A DNA stretch of 64,000 bases, taken from a virus. Below are positions 48,110-56,332 of this stretch, in pieces (the stretch's first letter is position 1; each line of letters opens with the position of its first letter). The position numbers and the translations under genes were made by a program. The stretch is from positions 1 to 64,000 of the IMG/VR virus record IMGVR_UViG_3300021964_000047; one strand, 5' to 3'. The notes under the pieces are model-generated. The model was not told the DNA's origin. It ran no database searches and worked only from the letters and a program-made list of their open reading frames with translations.

Positions 48110-49003
48110 ATGGATAAAATTTTCTATAATGAGTCCTCCGCCGTTAAACTTGGGTGGTCCCCCGATTGGTTTGGGGCCTCCCATTTTGACGAGGAGTTGC
48201 TCAAAAAGGTCAAGAAGTTTCAACAAGAGCACGGTTTAACCGCTGACGGCTTGGTTGGGCCAACGACTTATCGTCGTATTTGGACCGAAAGAGAAGCATC
48301 GCTTGCTGATTATCGACCAAAGACTATTGCCAACCGAGGCCAATCTTATATTATATGCAACAATGATTATGTTGAAATTGATTGGCCTCGTGTTGTGCTT
48401 CCAATTGAAGCGGATGGTTTGAGATTAACATCTGGTTTCAAGACTGTCCGAGAAAAAAGAAAAGTAACAAACTTTGTTTGCCATTGGGATGTCTGTCTTT
48501 CATCAGAGTCTTGCTTCAAGGTTTTAAAGAACAGAGGAATCTCTGTTCATTTTGCAATTGATAACGATGGAACGATCTATCAGTTCTTGGATTGCAATCA
48601 TATCGCTTATCACGCAGGCTCAACCAAATGGAACTCAAACTCTGTTGGTGTTGAAATAGCCAATGCTTATTATCCAAAGCATCAAGGCTGGTATAAGTCC
48701 AAAGGCTTTGGCGAGAGACCTTTGTGGGAAAACAAAAAGGTCCACGGCTCAACCCTTGATCCTTTCTTGGGCTTTTATGATGTTCAGCTCCAAGCGCTTC
48801 AGGCTCTTATGAAAGCAATGAACAAAGCCTATGATATTCCGTTTGCGTGCCCGACCGCTCCAAATGGTGAAACATCAACTGGTGTTTCAAGTGTGGCTGC
48901 CGCCGGAAGGTTCAACGGATTTATATCACATTATCATTTAAAGAAGACCAAAATTGATTGTGCCGGTCTTGATCTTAAGCAACTACTCGAGGAAATAAAA
49001 TAA
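48110..49003 (+). CDS. Endolysin: peptidoglycan-binding domain plus N-acetylmuramoyl-L-alanine amidase
   Basis: VKKFQQEHGLTADGLVGPTT (PG-binding); VCHWD, SVHFAIDNDGTIYQ, AYHAG, SVGVEI, SHY..KIDC (amidase_2). Confidence 0.9.
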   Translation: MDKIFYNESSAVKLGWSPDWFGASHFDEELLKKVKKFQQEHGLTADGLVGPTTYRRIWTEREASLADYRPKTIANRGQSYIICNNDYVEIDWPRVVLPIEADGLRLTSGFKTVREKRKVTNFVCHWDVCLSSESCFKVLKNRGISVHFAIDNDGTIYQFLDCNHIAYHAGSTKWNSNSVGVEIANAYYPKHQGWYKSKGFGERPLWENKKVHGSTLDPFLGFYDVQLQALQALMKAMNKAYDIPFACPTAPNGETSTGVSSVAAAGRFNGFISHYHLKKTKIDCAGLDLKQLLEEIK

Positions 49004-50481
49004 TGTCAAATAAACTTACAAAAGAAATGATTGATGCTTTGATTCAAGAAGCAATGTTGCAGGAGAGGTTCCCAAATGCTTACACTGCTGCTGAATTGGA
49101 TGCTTTGGATAAAGGTAAAAAACTTGCTAAAGACTTGGCTGGCCTTGAGACAGACACGAGAGAATTAGCCCCAAATGATATTAGGAAAGCATTCGCTTCT
49201 GGCGATCCTGATAAAGTAAAAAAAGTCGTTAAGTTAAAAAACACTAAAGGTTTAGATGCCACATTGAAATCCGATTTAGATGACATAATTGATGACTTGG
49301 GCGGTGAGTTAGACACTACCCAAAAAAGAATGAAAACTGATTCTGACAAGATTACTCAAATTGCCGGTGATATTGATATCGGCACTGGAGTTTCTCCCGA
49401 AGCATCTGCTTTGACGGGCAAAGGCCCAACTGGTAAGGTTCCAAACATTAAAGTTTCCAAATCTGTTATTGAACAAATGAAATTATTTGACTCCCCATCC
49501 GCAGCAGGTAAATTCCAGCAACTTCAAGAAGTTGCAACGAAAGTTGCTAACAAGCAATTTCCACAAGATACACAAGAAATGTTCAAATTTATCACTCAAG
49601 CAAATGTGTTGAATTACTTTGGGAACATGGCGAAGGCCTCTTCTGGTATTGAAGCCGGATTTGAGTTTGAAAAATTTTGTGTTGTATTCATGAATGGATT
49701 CCAAGTTGGCGGAGCGAACGGAGCCGCTGATGTTTTCTTGGCCCTAAAGAATGGCCAAGTTGTACCAACAAGTCAGAAGTTTTATTCAGACATAAAAAAT
49801 GTAAAGCAATCAAACAAAGGTCAAGGCCAAGCAGGATTATATTATTTATTAAATCAACCAGATGTCGATGAAATATATTACTTTGTGGGCATAAAAGAGG
49901 GCGGGAATACCGCAGCAGAATATACAAACCTAAAAATGTACATTATAAAAATCACACAAGATGGAAGTCATTTTTACGGGCAATCTATGGGCCCTGAAGG
50001 AAGTTATACAAGTCCTGAAAAACTTGGAGAGTTTACACTTGATAAGAAAAACGGTAAATCTCGCCAGACCCATATGTTTCCACAAGAAGGTGGAAAAGAT
50101 TATTCTGAGCATTTGGCAACTATACCAATCTTGAATAATCCAAGTGCTGATACCGCCGCAATCGCAGAATATATGTCTGGCCAGATGACTGCTGGAGATA
50201 CAGAATTTGCTGATTTTTCAAAAGCGGTTGTTGGTATTTTTGCATCTCTAAAAAAGATGGAAAAAAATACACAGATCTATAATGCAAAACAAGGACAAGG
50301 TAGAAAAAGTGATGCTTCGAGTTATGTCAATGAGATTGCAGTTAGTTATGTAGCTCTGCGAGATGATTATAATCATGTCTTTGGAGTTGCCGGAGAAACT
50401 AAAAAACTTGCAGAAAACAAAATGACCGAACTTGATCTAATGGTCGAGAACATGGTAAAACAATTTTTAAAAGGAAACTAA
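49003..50481 (+). CDS. Hypothetical protein with KLTKEMIDALIQE leader and possible PD-(D/E)XK nuclease-like core
   Basis: AGFEFEKF...AADV...SQKFY pattern; leader-like motifs at both termini. Confidence 0.6.
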   Translation: MSNKLTKEMIDALIQEAMLQERFPNAYTAAELDALDKGKKLAKDLAGLETDTRELAPNDIRKAFASGDPDKVKKVVKLKNTKGLDATLKSDLDDIIDDLGGELDTTQKRMKTDSDKITQIAGDIDIGTGVSPEASALTGKGPTGKVPNIKVSKSVIEQMKLFDSPSAAGKFQQLQEVATKVANKQFPQDTQEMFKFITQANVLNYFGNMAKASSGIEAGFEFEKFCVVFMNGFQVGGANGAADVFLALKNGQVVPTSQKFYSDIKNVKQSNKGQGQAGLYYLLNQPDVDEIYYFVGIKEGGNTAAEYTNLKMYIIKITQDGSHFYGQSMGPEGSYTSPEKLGEFTLDKKNGKSRQTHMFPQEGGKDYSEHLATIPILNNPSADTAAIAEYMSGQMTAGDTEFADFSKAVVGIFASLKKMEKNTQIYNAKQGQGRKSDASSYVNEIAVSYVALRDDYNHVFGVAGETKKLAENKMTELDLMVENMVKQFLKGN

Positions 50482-50544
50482 ATGATTAAAATATGCAAAC
50501 GATGCAACAGTCAAGACTGCTGGTGTCACTGGGGAGATCAATGA
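50482..50544 (+). CDS. Putative 20-aa Cys-rich micropeptide (MIKICKRCNSQDCWCHWGDQ)
   Basis: Exactly fills the gap between neighbours; AAGGA SD; stop overlaps next ATG. Confidence 0.45.
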   Translation: MIKICKRCNSQDCWCHWGDQ

Positions 50545-50768
50545 TATATCTATTGATTGCATTGGCTCTCGCTGAGGAGCCGTCACCTGTTATCGTCTAT
50601 AAACAGGAAACAGAGATCGACTTCGAAGCTGTTGACATTGAAGGGCAACTTGTCAAGCCCGAAGGGACCTTGGTCCAAGAAAGACAAGAAGCAACATTCA
50701 ATCCTCTCATTAAATTGAGAATGGATTGGGATGAAGAAATTTCACAAAGCGTTAGCGAAATCAAATAA
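50541..50768 (+). CDS. CglF/GltF-like adventurous gliding motility protein homolog
   Basis: Signal peptide then YKQETEIDFEAVDIEGQLVKPEG...FNPLIKLR..W..EI..SV pattern recalled from myxobacterial CglF. Confidence 0.7.
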   Translation: MIYLLIALALAEEPSPVIVYKQETEIDFEAVDIEGQLVKPEGTLVQERQEATFNPLIKLRMDWDEEISQSVSEIK

Positions 50769-50778
50769 TGGAGGAATA

Positions 50779-52353
50779 GTGAAGCATTATAATAACGGTC
50801 AAGAATTATCAACAAAAGTATTAAACGGAGTTAACAAACTCGCAGACAATGTAGGATCAACATTGGGCCCTCGGGGAAGAACCGTCGGCATTATGTATCA
50901 GGGAGAGAACATCCCAATGGTAACGAAGGACGGCGTGACCGTCGCAGAACATATAACCTTTGAAGATCCTTTTGAGAATATGGGAGCACAGATTGTAAAG
51001 CAAGCAGCTAAGCAATCAGCATCAAATGCCGGAGACGGAACGACAACGGCAACCATTCTCACTCGTGGTATTCTAAACCGAGCACAGAAGTATATCGTGG
51101 CTGGTGCTTCACCAACCGAAATCAAGCGAGGAATGGATAAGGCTTGCGAGGCAATTGTAACAAACCTCAAGGAAATCGCAAGACCTGTCCAATCCAAGCA
51201 AGACATTGAGCATGTCGCAACCATCTCGGCGAACAACGACAAAGGCATCGGAACCCTTATTGCCAATGCTGTTGACTCTGCTGGAAAGGACGGCTCCGTT
51301 CTCGTTGAAGAAGCGAGGTCAATCAATACATCACTGGATCTCATTGAAGGATTCAGAATTGATCAAGGCTGGTTGTCTTCAAAGTTTATTACAAACGAGA
51401 GACAGAACACAGCCGAGTATCATGATCCTTTGATTCTTATCACAGATGAGCAGATTGACACCGTTGAGCAAATCTATCCTGCACTTGAGCTTGCAGCGAA
51501 AGATCAACGTCCTCTTCTGATTGTCGCCAATGAAGTAGAAGGCCAAGCACTCGCAGCTCTAATTGCAAATGCTGTCCGAGGAACCATGAAGGTGTGTGCT
51601 GTCAAATCGCCACGCTATGGTGAAGAACGACGCTCTATTCTAAGAGATTTGGCCGCAACTGTCGGAGGGGTATTCATTACCCGTGAAGATGGTTTGCTTC
51701 TAAAAAACGTTCAATTAAAGCAATTTGGAAGGTCAAAGTCGGCAACCATTTCCAAGTTCGCAACGACTATTGTTGGAGGACAAGGTAATGAAGAAACTAT
51801 TGAGACACGAATTGAAGCAATTAAAAACGAGATTCAAGAAACGGAAGACATGGCAACGTGCGAAAGATTGCAAGAACGAATTACAAGGCTGGCTTCTGGT
51901 GTTGCTGTTATCCGTGTGGGTGCTGCGACCGAAGTCGAAATGATTGAGAAGAAACATAGAATCGATGACGCTCTTGAAGCTGTTCGCTCTGCTTTGGAAG
52001 AAGGTATTCTTCCCGGTGGTGGTGTTGGTTTGTTAAGAGCATCCGTTGGTCTTTATGTTGAGACTGATAACGAAGAGCAAGCACTTGGAGCTAAGATTAT
52101 CCTCGACGCAGCCCAAGAGCCTTTGCGACAATTGTGTGTCAATTCAGGCGAATCTCAAGATCTAATTCTTGATGGTGTTGTTCATAAGTCTCGAGACGAA
52201 GGTTATAATTTTCTTACAAGAAACTATGTAAACATGCTTGACGAAGGAATCATTGATCCTTGCAAAGTAACACGCTGTGCTCTGCAAAATGCTGTGTCAG
52301 CCGCATCAACTTTATTAACAATGAACTATGCTATTGTAAGCACGAAGGACTAA
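50779..52353 (+). CDS. groEL: Chaperonin GroEL
   Basis: TLGPRGR, TKDGVTVA, AGDGTTTAT, VATISAN, VGAATEVE, PGGG, GIIDP; GTG start after GGAGG. Confidence 0.95.
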   Translation: MKHYNNGQELSTKVLNGVNKLADNVGSTLGPRGRTVGIMYQGENIPMVTKDGVTVAEHITFEDPFENMGAQIVKQAAKQSASNAGDGTTTATILTRGILNRAQKYIVAGASPTEIKRGMDKACEAIVTNLKEIARPVQSKQDIEHVATISANNDKGIGTLIANAVDSAGKDGSVLVEEARSINTSLDLIEGFRIDQGWLSSKFITNERQNTAEYHDPLILITDEQIDTVEQIYPALELAAKDQRPLLIVANEVEGQALAALIANAVRGTMKVCAVKSPRYGEERRSILRDLAATVGGVFITREDGLLLKNVQLKQFGRSKSATISKFATTIVGGQGNEETIETRIEAIKNEIQETEDMATCERLQERITRLASGVAVIRVGAATEVEMIEKKHRIDDALEAVRSALEEGILPGGGVGLLRASVGLYVETDNEEQALGAKIILDAAQEPLRQLCVNSGESQDLILDGVVHKSRDEGYNFLTRNYVNMLDEGIIDPCKVTRCALQNAVSAASTLLTMNYAIVSTKD

Positions 52354-52360
52354 TTACATC

Positions 52361-52633
52361 ATGGATAATAACATGGACACTAACGCTCACTTAATATCAT
52401 TAATTCAAGAACTCAGAGGCGATCTCCAGCGAATGGCGGAGAAGCAAGATGAAATGAATCAAGATGTTAAGAAAATAAAAGAAGCGGTTTACAACCCAGA
52501 CTCTGGGCTTTATGCGAGAATAAGAGATCTGGAACAATGGAAAGAAACTTATTCCAAAGTTACTTGGGGTGTCCTTACGACTGTGTTGGGTCTAGTTACT
52601 GCGACAATATATAAAATGATAATTGGGGCTTGA
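52361..52633 (+). CDS. Coiled-coil protein with C-terminal TM helix (XhlA/holin-like)
   Basis: Coiled coil, GLYARIRDLEQW and single TM; ACTAATTA upstream. Confidence 0.55.
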   Translation: MDNNMDTNAHLISLIQELRGDLQRMAEKQDEMNQDVKKIKEAVYNPDSGLYARIRDLEQWKETYSKVTWGVLTTVLGLVTATIYKMIIGA

Positions 52634-52658
52634 CAAAAGCCCCAAAACATGTTATAAT
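52623..52658 (+). promoter_or_regulatory. Consensus sigma70 promoter with inverted repeat over -35
   Basis: TTGGGGCTT-GACAA-AAGCCCCAA; TTGACA(52630)-N17-TATAAT. Confidence 0.85.
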
Positions 52659-52681
52659 ATAATATAAACTCTGGAGGTATT

Positions 52682-53101
52682 ATGAGAGTTAGATTATCAT
52701 ATTCTGTAGAACTGGAAGATGTTCCTGATTCTGTTGCAGAATTAATTGAAGGCGAGTTATATCGCATCGATGAAGTAAAGCAAAGCATTGGAAAAGCACT
52801 CGAGGGTCTAAACCAAGATGAACCACACTTAGACCTTGTAGCCAAATCTCTTGATAAAGCGAGACAAGTTCTTGGCGCTATTGATGTACGACTAAACGAG
52901 TGCGAAAGCATTCTTGCTGGTTATGAAAGAGCAATGAACCCTCCTGAAGAGCAGCCACAACTAGCTCCTGCTCCGCAGCAAAGAGTCCCACAACCGGCTC
53001 CTGCTCAAGGTCAACCAAGGGTTCATAAATATAATCCTCCTTATACCGTTCCCGACGACGAGCCAGCCGAGGATCAACAATTCGATGGAGAAACAAATTA
53101 A
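52682..53101 (+). CDS. Hypothetical coiled-coil protein with Pro/Gln-rich tail
   Basis: GGAGG SD; MRVRLSYSVELEDVP start. Confidence 0.7.
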   Translation: MRVRLSYSVELEDVPDSVAELIEGELYRIDEVKQSIGKALEGLNQDEPHLDLVAKSLDKARQVLGAIDVRLNECESILAGYERAMNPPEEQPQLAPAPQQRVPQPAPAQGQPRVHKYNPPYTVPDDEPAEDQQFDGETN

Positions 53102-53343
53102 TGTTCTGTTATAGAGAAGGGGATCTTGTAAGCATCCCACAAGACACATGGCTTTTTAATGAAGAATCATTGCATAATAGCCTTCTTTTTCCAAAGAAGG
53201 TTGTCGAGGTACCTTCTATCGCCTGTGTCGTTTCATCTGAAAAAGATGGCAATCTATTGAAGGTTTTTATTAAAAATGAGTATTTTCTGGTCAAGTCTAA
53301 GGACGTTCACTTTGCAAACAGGATGGTCAGCCATGCTAGTTGA
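53101..53343 (+). CDS. Small KOW/SH3-like protein (REGDLV)
   Basis: GDLV motif; coupled to neighbours. Confidence 0.55.
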   Translation: MFCYREGDLVSIPQDTWLFNEESLHNSLLFPKKVVEVPSIACVVSSEKDGNLLKVFIKNEYFLVKSKDVHFANRMVSHAS

Positions 53344-53608
53344 GTTAACAAGAGTTCAGCCAACTGATGAAACAATCAAGGTTGAAAGGATTTATGTCAA
53401 TCCTTCTCACATTGTCTCAGTTGTCGAGGACAATTTAAAATATCATTCTTTAAAAGAATCTCTGGTCCAAGCAGGAGTTCACAATCAAATGTCCATTTCA
53501 GAAGTCAAAGTCTTTAATGGATCTTCTGTAGAAACAATGCTTGTTCTTGGGTCTCCTCAAGCAATAAAGAGCAAACTAAATCAAGAAAAAAGAATTTTAA
53601 GAGGTTAA
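53333..53608 (+). CDS. FlbD/SwrD-like small protein
   Basis: MLVELTRV...IYVNPSHIVSV...VLGSPQAIKSKL pattern. Confidence 0.5.
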   Translation: MLVELTRVQPTDETIKVERIYVNPSHIVSVVEDNLKYHSLKESLVQAGVHNQMSISEVKVFNGSSVETMLVLGSPQAIKSKLNQEKRILRG

Positions 53609-53609
53609 A

Positions 53610-53888
53610 ATGTATTATTATAAAGTTATAGGATATGGCTCATGTCCTTGGTGCCAACGGGCTAACTCTCTTCTTTTACAAGAGAAGTTACCTTTTGTTG
53701 CAACATGGATTGAAAATTCTTGGGTGCTTGTTCATCATTATAAAACTAATTATGGTATGGATACAGTACCAGTTGTTTTGAAAGTTAATTTTGAAACGGG
53801 AGAGGAACATGTCATCGGAGGATTCACAGATCTCAAAGAATACATTGACAAAGGGCTACATGAAGAAAGCGATAAGGAAGCTGACTAA
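53610..53888 (+). CDS. Glutaredoxin
   Basis: CPWC, TVP, IGGFTDL. Confidence 0.88.
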   Translation: MYYYKVIGYGSCPWCQRANSLLLQEKLPFVATWIENSWVLVHHYKTNYGMDTVPVVLKVNFETGEEHVIGGFTDLKEYIDKGLHEESDKEAD

Positions 53889-54240
53889 GTACGCTTATAA
53901 CGAACTTTATGTCCTTGTCGAGTTCGTTGAAGAAAGCCAAGAGTGCTCTTTTGGTTCGGATTATCAAGATGATTATGATCCTGAGTTGGTCGGAGATATT
54001 GAGATAGGAGATGACTTGAAAATAGAAGAGAAATATTATTCCTTAATACACGAAATAGGCCACGCTATTCTTCATTATCAAGACAGAGAACCAGAAAGCA
54101 TAATCCTTCTTGAGACAGCATGCTGGGTTGAAGGCTTGATGAAAGCCAAAGAACTCGGCTTAAAAATAGACGAGGAAGAGTTTGAGAAACAAATGTTTCA
54201 TGCATTAGATTTGTACAGAGAGGTGAGAGATGATAGTTGA
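53860..54240 (+). CDS. HExxH metallopeptidase-like protein (ImmA/IrrE-like)
   Basis: LIHEIGHA...E..CW. Confidence 0.65.
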   Translation: MKKAIRKLTKYAYNELYVLVEFVEESQECSFGSDYQDDYDPELVGDIEIGDDLKIEEKYYSLIHEIGHAILHYQDREPESIILLETACWVEGLMKAKELGLKIDEEEFEKQMFHALDLYREVRDDS

Positions 54241-54577
54241 TAAGCCATGGGGTCATGAGCATATTTGGGCAAAGACCGACAAATATGTTGGCAAGTTGCT
54301 TTATATAAAAGAAGGGCAAAGATTGTCTCTTCAATATCATAGAAAGAAAGAGGAGACGATTTATGTTTTGGAAGGTAAACTGGAATTGGTTTTGGAAGAA
54401 GGATCACGAAGAGATAAACAATCTATACTTCTTGAGCCCGGAGACACGTTTCATATTTCACCTTTAACTGTTCATCGTTTTGCCGCCACACAAGGTACCG
54501 ATGTTAAGTTAATGGAGGTATCAACGACAGAGTTAGACGATGTTGTGAGAATCGAAGACGACTATTCAAGATCATAA
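54230..54577 (+). CDS. Cupin (mannose-6-phosphate isomerase C-terminal-like)
   Basis: KPWG, RLSLQYH, E, H, EVST...DDVVRIEDDY. Confidence 0.85.
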   Translation: MIVDKPWGHEHIWAKTDKYVGKLLYIKEGQRLSLQYHRKKEETIYVLEGKLELVLEEGSRRDKQSILLEPGDTFHISPLTVHRFAATQGTDVKLMEVSTTELDDVVRIEDDYSRS

Positions 54578-54605
54578 CAACTAATTACTGCATGGGGGGA
54601 TCGTC

Positions 54606-55295
54606 ATGCGGTACATCAAACATTTATTATTAGGGATCATTGCTCTTTCTTTAATGGGCATTGGTCCCTTTTTCGGTTCAATAGACCATATTGACAAGGC
54701 TAGATCATCTTACATGATTAATTGCTTTGCCAATGATAAATTAATCGGAGCAGGCTCTGGGAATCATTTTACTTATCGAGGGCAGAAGTTTGTTCTTACT
54801 GCTTATCATGTAATCCAAGAGTGTGACAAAATCCTTGTTATTGAAAACAACGATCAAGTTTTTAAATTAAATGCGGTTGTTGTTGATGAACTATTAGACT
54901 GGGCTGTCTTAAAACCAGAGCAAGATCTTGTCTTGAGACCAGTTAAATTTAAAAGAACTTATCCTAGATTAGGAGAAGCAATCGATATGGTATCTTGGCC
55001 TTCCGATTACGGAATGGTTTACACAAAAGGTATTGTTTCCGGCCAACAGTACTTGAGCTATTATGTTCAAACATTCTGTTGGCTTGGATCATCCGGAGCT
55101 TCTGTGTTTACAGATGACGGAAAGTTTGTCGGAGTGCTTCATGGAATTAAGGTTGGATATTATTCAAGTTTAGGCGATGGCCAACTTTTAAATAATATGT
55201 GCTTGGTTCGCCCGCTTGCTAGCATTACCGATAAAGATTTATATGAGGCACTGCGAGACTATGACGGAGGTGAAGCAAGGCACATTACTTACTGA
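54606..55295 (+). CDS. Trypsin-like serine protease with N-terminal signal/TM
   Basis: LTAYHV (His), DWAVL (Asp), GSSGASV (Ser); ACTAATTA at 54580. Confidence 0.82.
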   Translation: MRYIKHLLLGIIALSLMGIGPFFGSIDHIDKARSSYMINCFANDKLIGAGSGNHFTYRGQKFVLTAYHVIQECDKILVIENNDQVFKLNAVVVDELLDWAVLKPEQDLVLRPVKFKRTYPRLGEAIDMVSWPSDYGMVYTKGIVSGQQYLSYYVQTFCWLGSSGASVFTDDGKFVGVLHGIKVGYYSSLGDGQLLNNMCLVRPLASITDKDLYEALRDYDGGEARHITY

Positions 55296-55482
55296 CCAAG
55301 GGAAGGTAGGTATTGTGATCAAGATTTACAAAATAGGAGCAACCTCCGAAGAATACTCTGGTGAACAAAAGATTCATTGGGAAGAATCTTATCACATTTA
55401 TTATTCAGACGGCAACCACGCTTATATTAATAAATCAGCTTTTGATATTTTAGTTATAACAGGAGACATTAAAATTTTATGA
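55261..55482 (+). CDS. Small KOW/SH3-like protein
   Basis: KQGTLL...GIV pattern; GAGG SD. Confidence 0.55.
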   Translation: MTEVKQGTLLTDQGKVGIVIKIYKIGATSEEYSGEQKIHWEESYHIYYSDGNHAYINKSAFDILVITGDIKIL

Positions 55483-55520
55483 CCTCCTACTACCCTACTA
55501 CTACCCCCCTACCCCCCTCC
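55483..55520. repeat. C-rich (CTA/CTACCC) low-complexity tract
   Basis: CCTCCTACTACCCTACTACTACCCCCCTACCCCCCTCC; 15-mer recurs at 63575. Confidence 0.8.
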
Positions 55521-55546
55521 TTTCTCTTTTGTCGTGAGGCGCGGTC

Positions 55547-55831
55547 ATGTATCTGATACCTTTTAACGATTACGAGGTCAAGATCATGGACAAGTATCTG
55601 TGGTTGGACTATTGTATCGAGCGCACATGGAACGAGTATTACAGATGTTATTATGGCAAGGTTGAATTAACCGAGGAAGAAGACGAAAGAATAATTAAAA
55701 TGATGGAATTAATCTATGATTTCGAACAAAAGATAATTGATGTTCTTGATTCTAGTTATATAGATTTCTTCATGATAGATCAATATAAGGAGCAATGCGG
55801 TGTTCGAGATTGGCCAACTCGTGTATGTTAA
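55547..55831 (+). CDS. Hypothetical protein
   Basis: GAGG SD; 94 aa. Confidence 0.55.
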   Translation: MYLIPFNDYEVKIMDKYLWLDYCIERTWNEYYRCYYGKVELTEEEDERIIKMMELIYDFEQKIIDVLDSSYIDFFMIDQYKEQCGVRDWPTRVC

Positions 55832-56042
55832 GTCTGTGAGCGACCGTGTGTATTTAGGTATGGTTATGAAGAACATATTATACCTGAACAACTTCGAGGA
55901 AGCGTTCTACGAGATCTATCTTATCGGTAGCGGAGACAGAGTTTCTGTCCCTGCCGCTTTTATTGTTCCTGTCCCAAAAGATGAGGTTGCTGGTCTGAAG
56001 GCAGCCGATCCCAAAATCCCGTACTGGCCGGACACAGATTGA
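55800..56042 (+). CDS. Small KOW/SH3-like protein (FEIGQLV)
   Basis: AAGGAG SD; GTG start; motif. Confidence 0.6.
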   Translation: MFEIGQLVYVKSVSDRVYLGMVMKNILYLNNFEEAFYEIYLIGSGDRVSVPAAFIVPVPKDEVAGLKAADPKIPYWPDTD

Positions 56043-56079
56043 AATTCATCGAAAATGCAGTTTCAAACTGGCATATCGA

Positions 56080-56332
56080 CAATTTTGAGTAAGTAATGTT
56101 CGAGAACTTTACATAATTAAATAGTTTCGAGTTTGCTGAAAATTCATCCATTTTGGGCTTTGAACCTTTATTTTGGCCGATTTCAAGTAATTTAGTATTC
56201 ATTACTTTACATAATTAAGAAGGCTTTCGGTCTTTAGATACATTTCGCCATTATGTAAGTTAAACCTTACATTTTGATGATTTTAAGTAAATAAGATCCG
56301 AGAACTTTACATAATTAAAGAGATTTCGGCTC
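56080..56332. repeat. Three degenerate direct repeats at about 99-bp period (core ACTTTACATAATTAA) in a non-coding gap
   Basis: Core at 56106, 56204 and 56304; inverted partial copy TTATGTAAGT at 56251. Confidence 0.85.

Noticed and set aside
56080-56332. Possible mini-CRISPR array
   Set aside because: Only a 15-bp core is identical, the period is about 99 bp with about 84-bp gaps, flanks are degenerate and there are no cas genes in the window; this does not fit CRISPR repeat-spacer geometry
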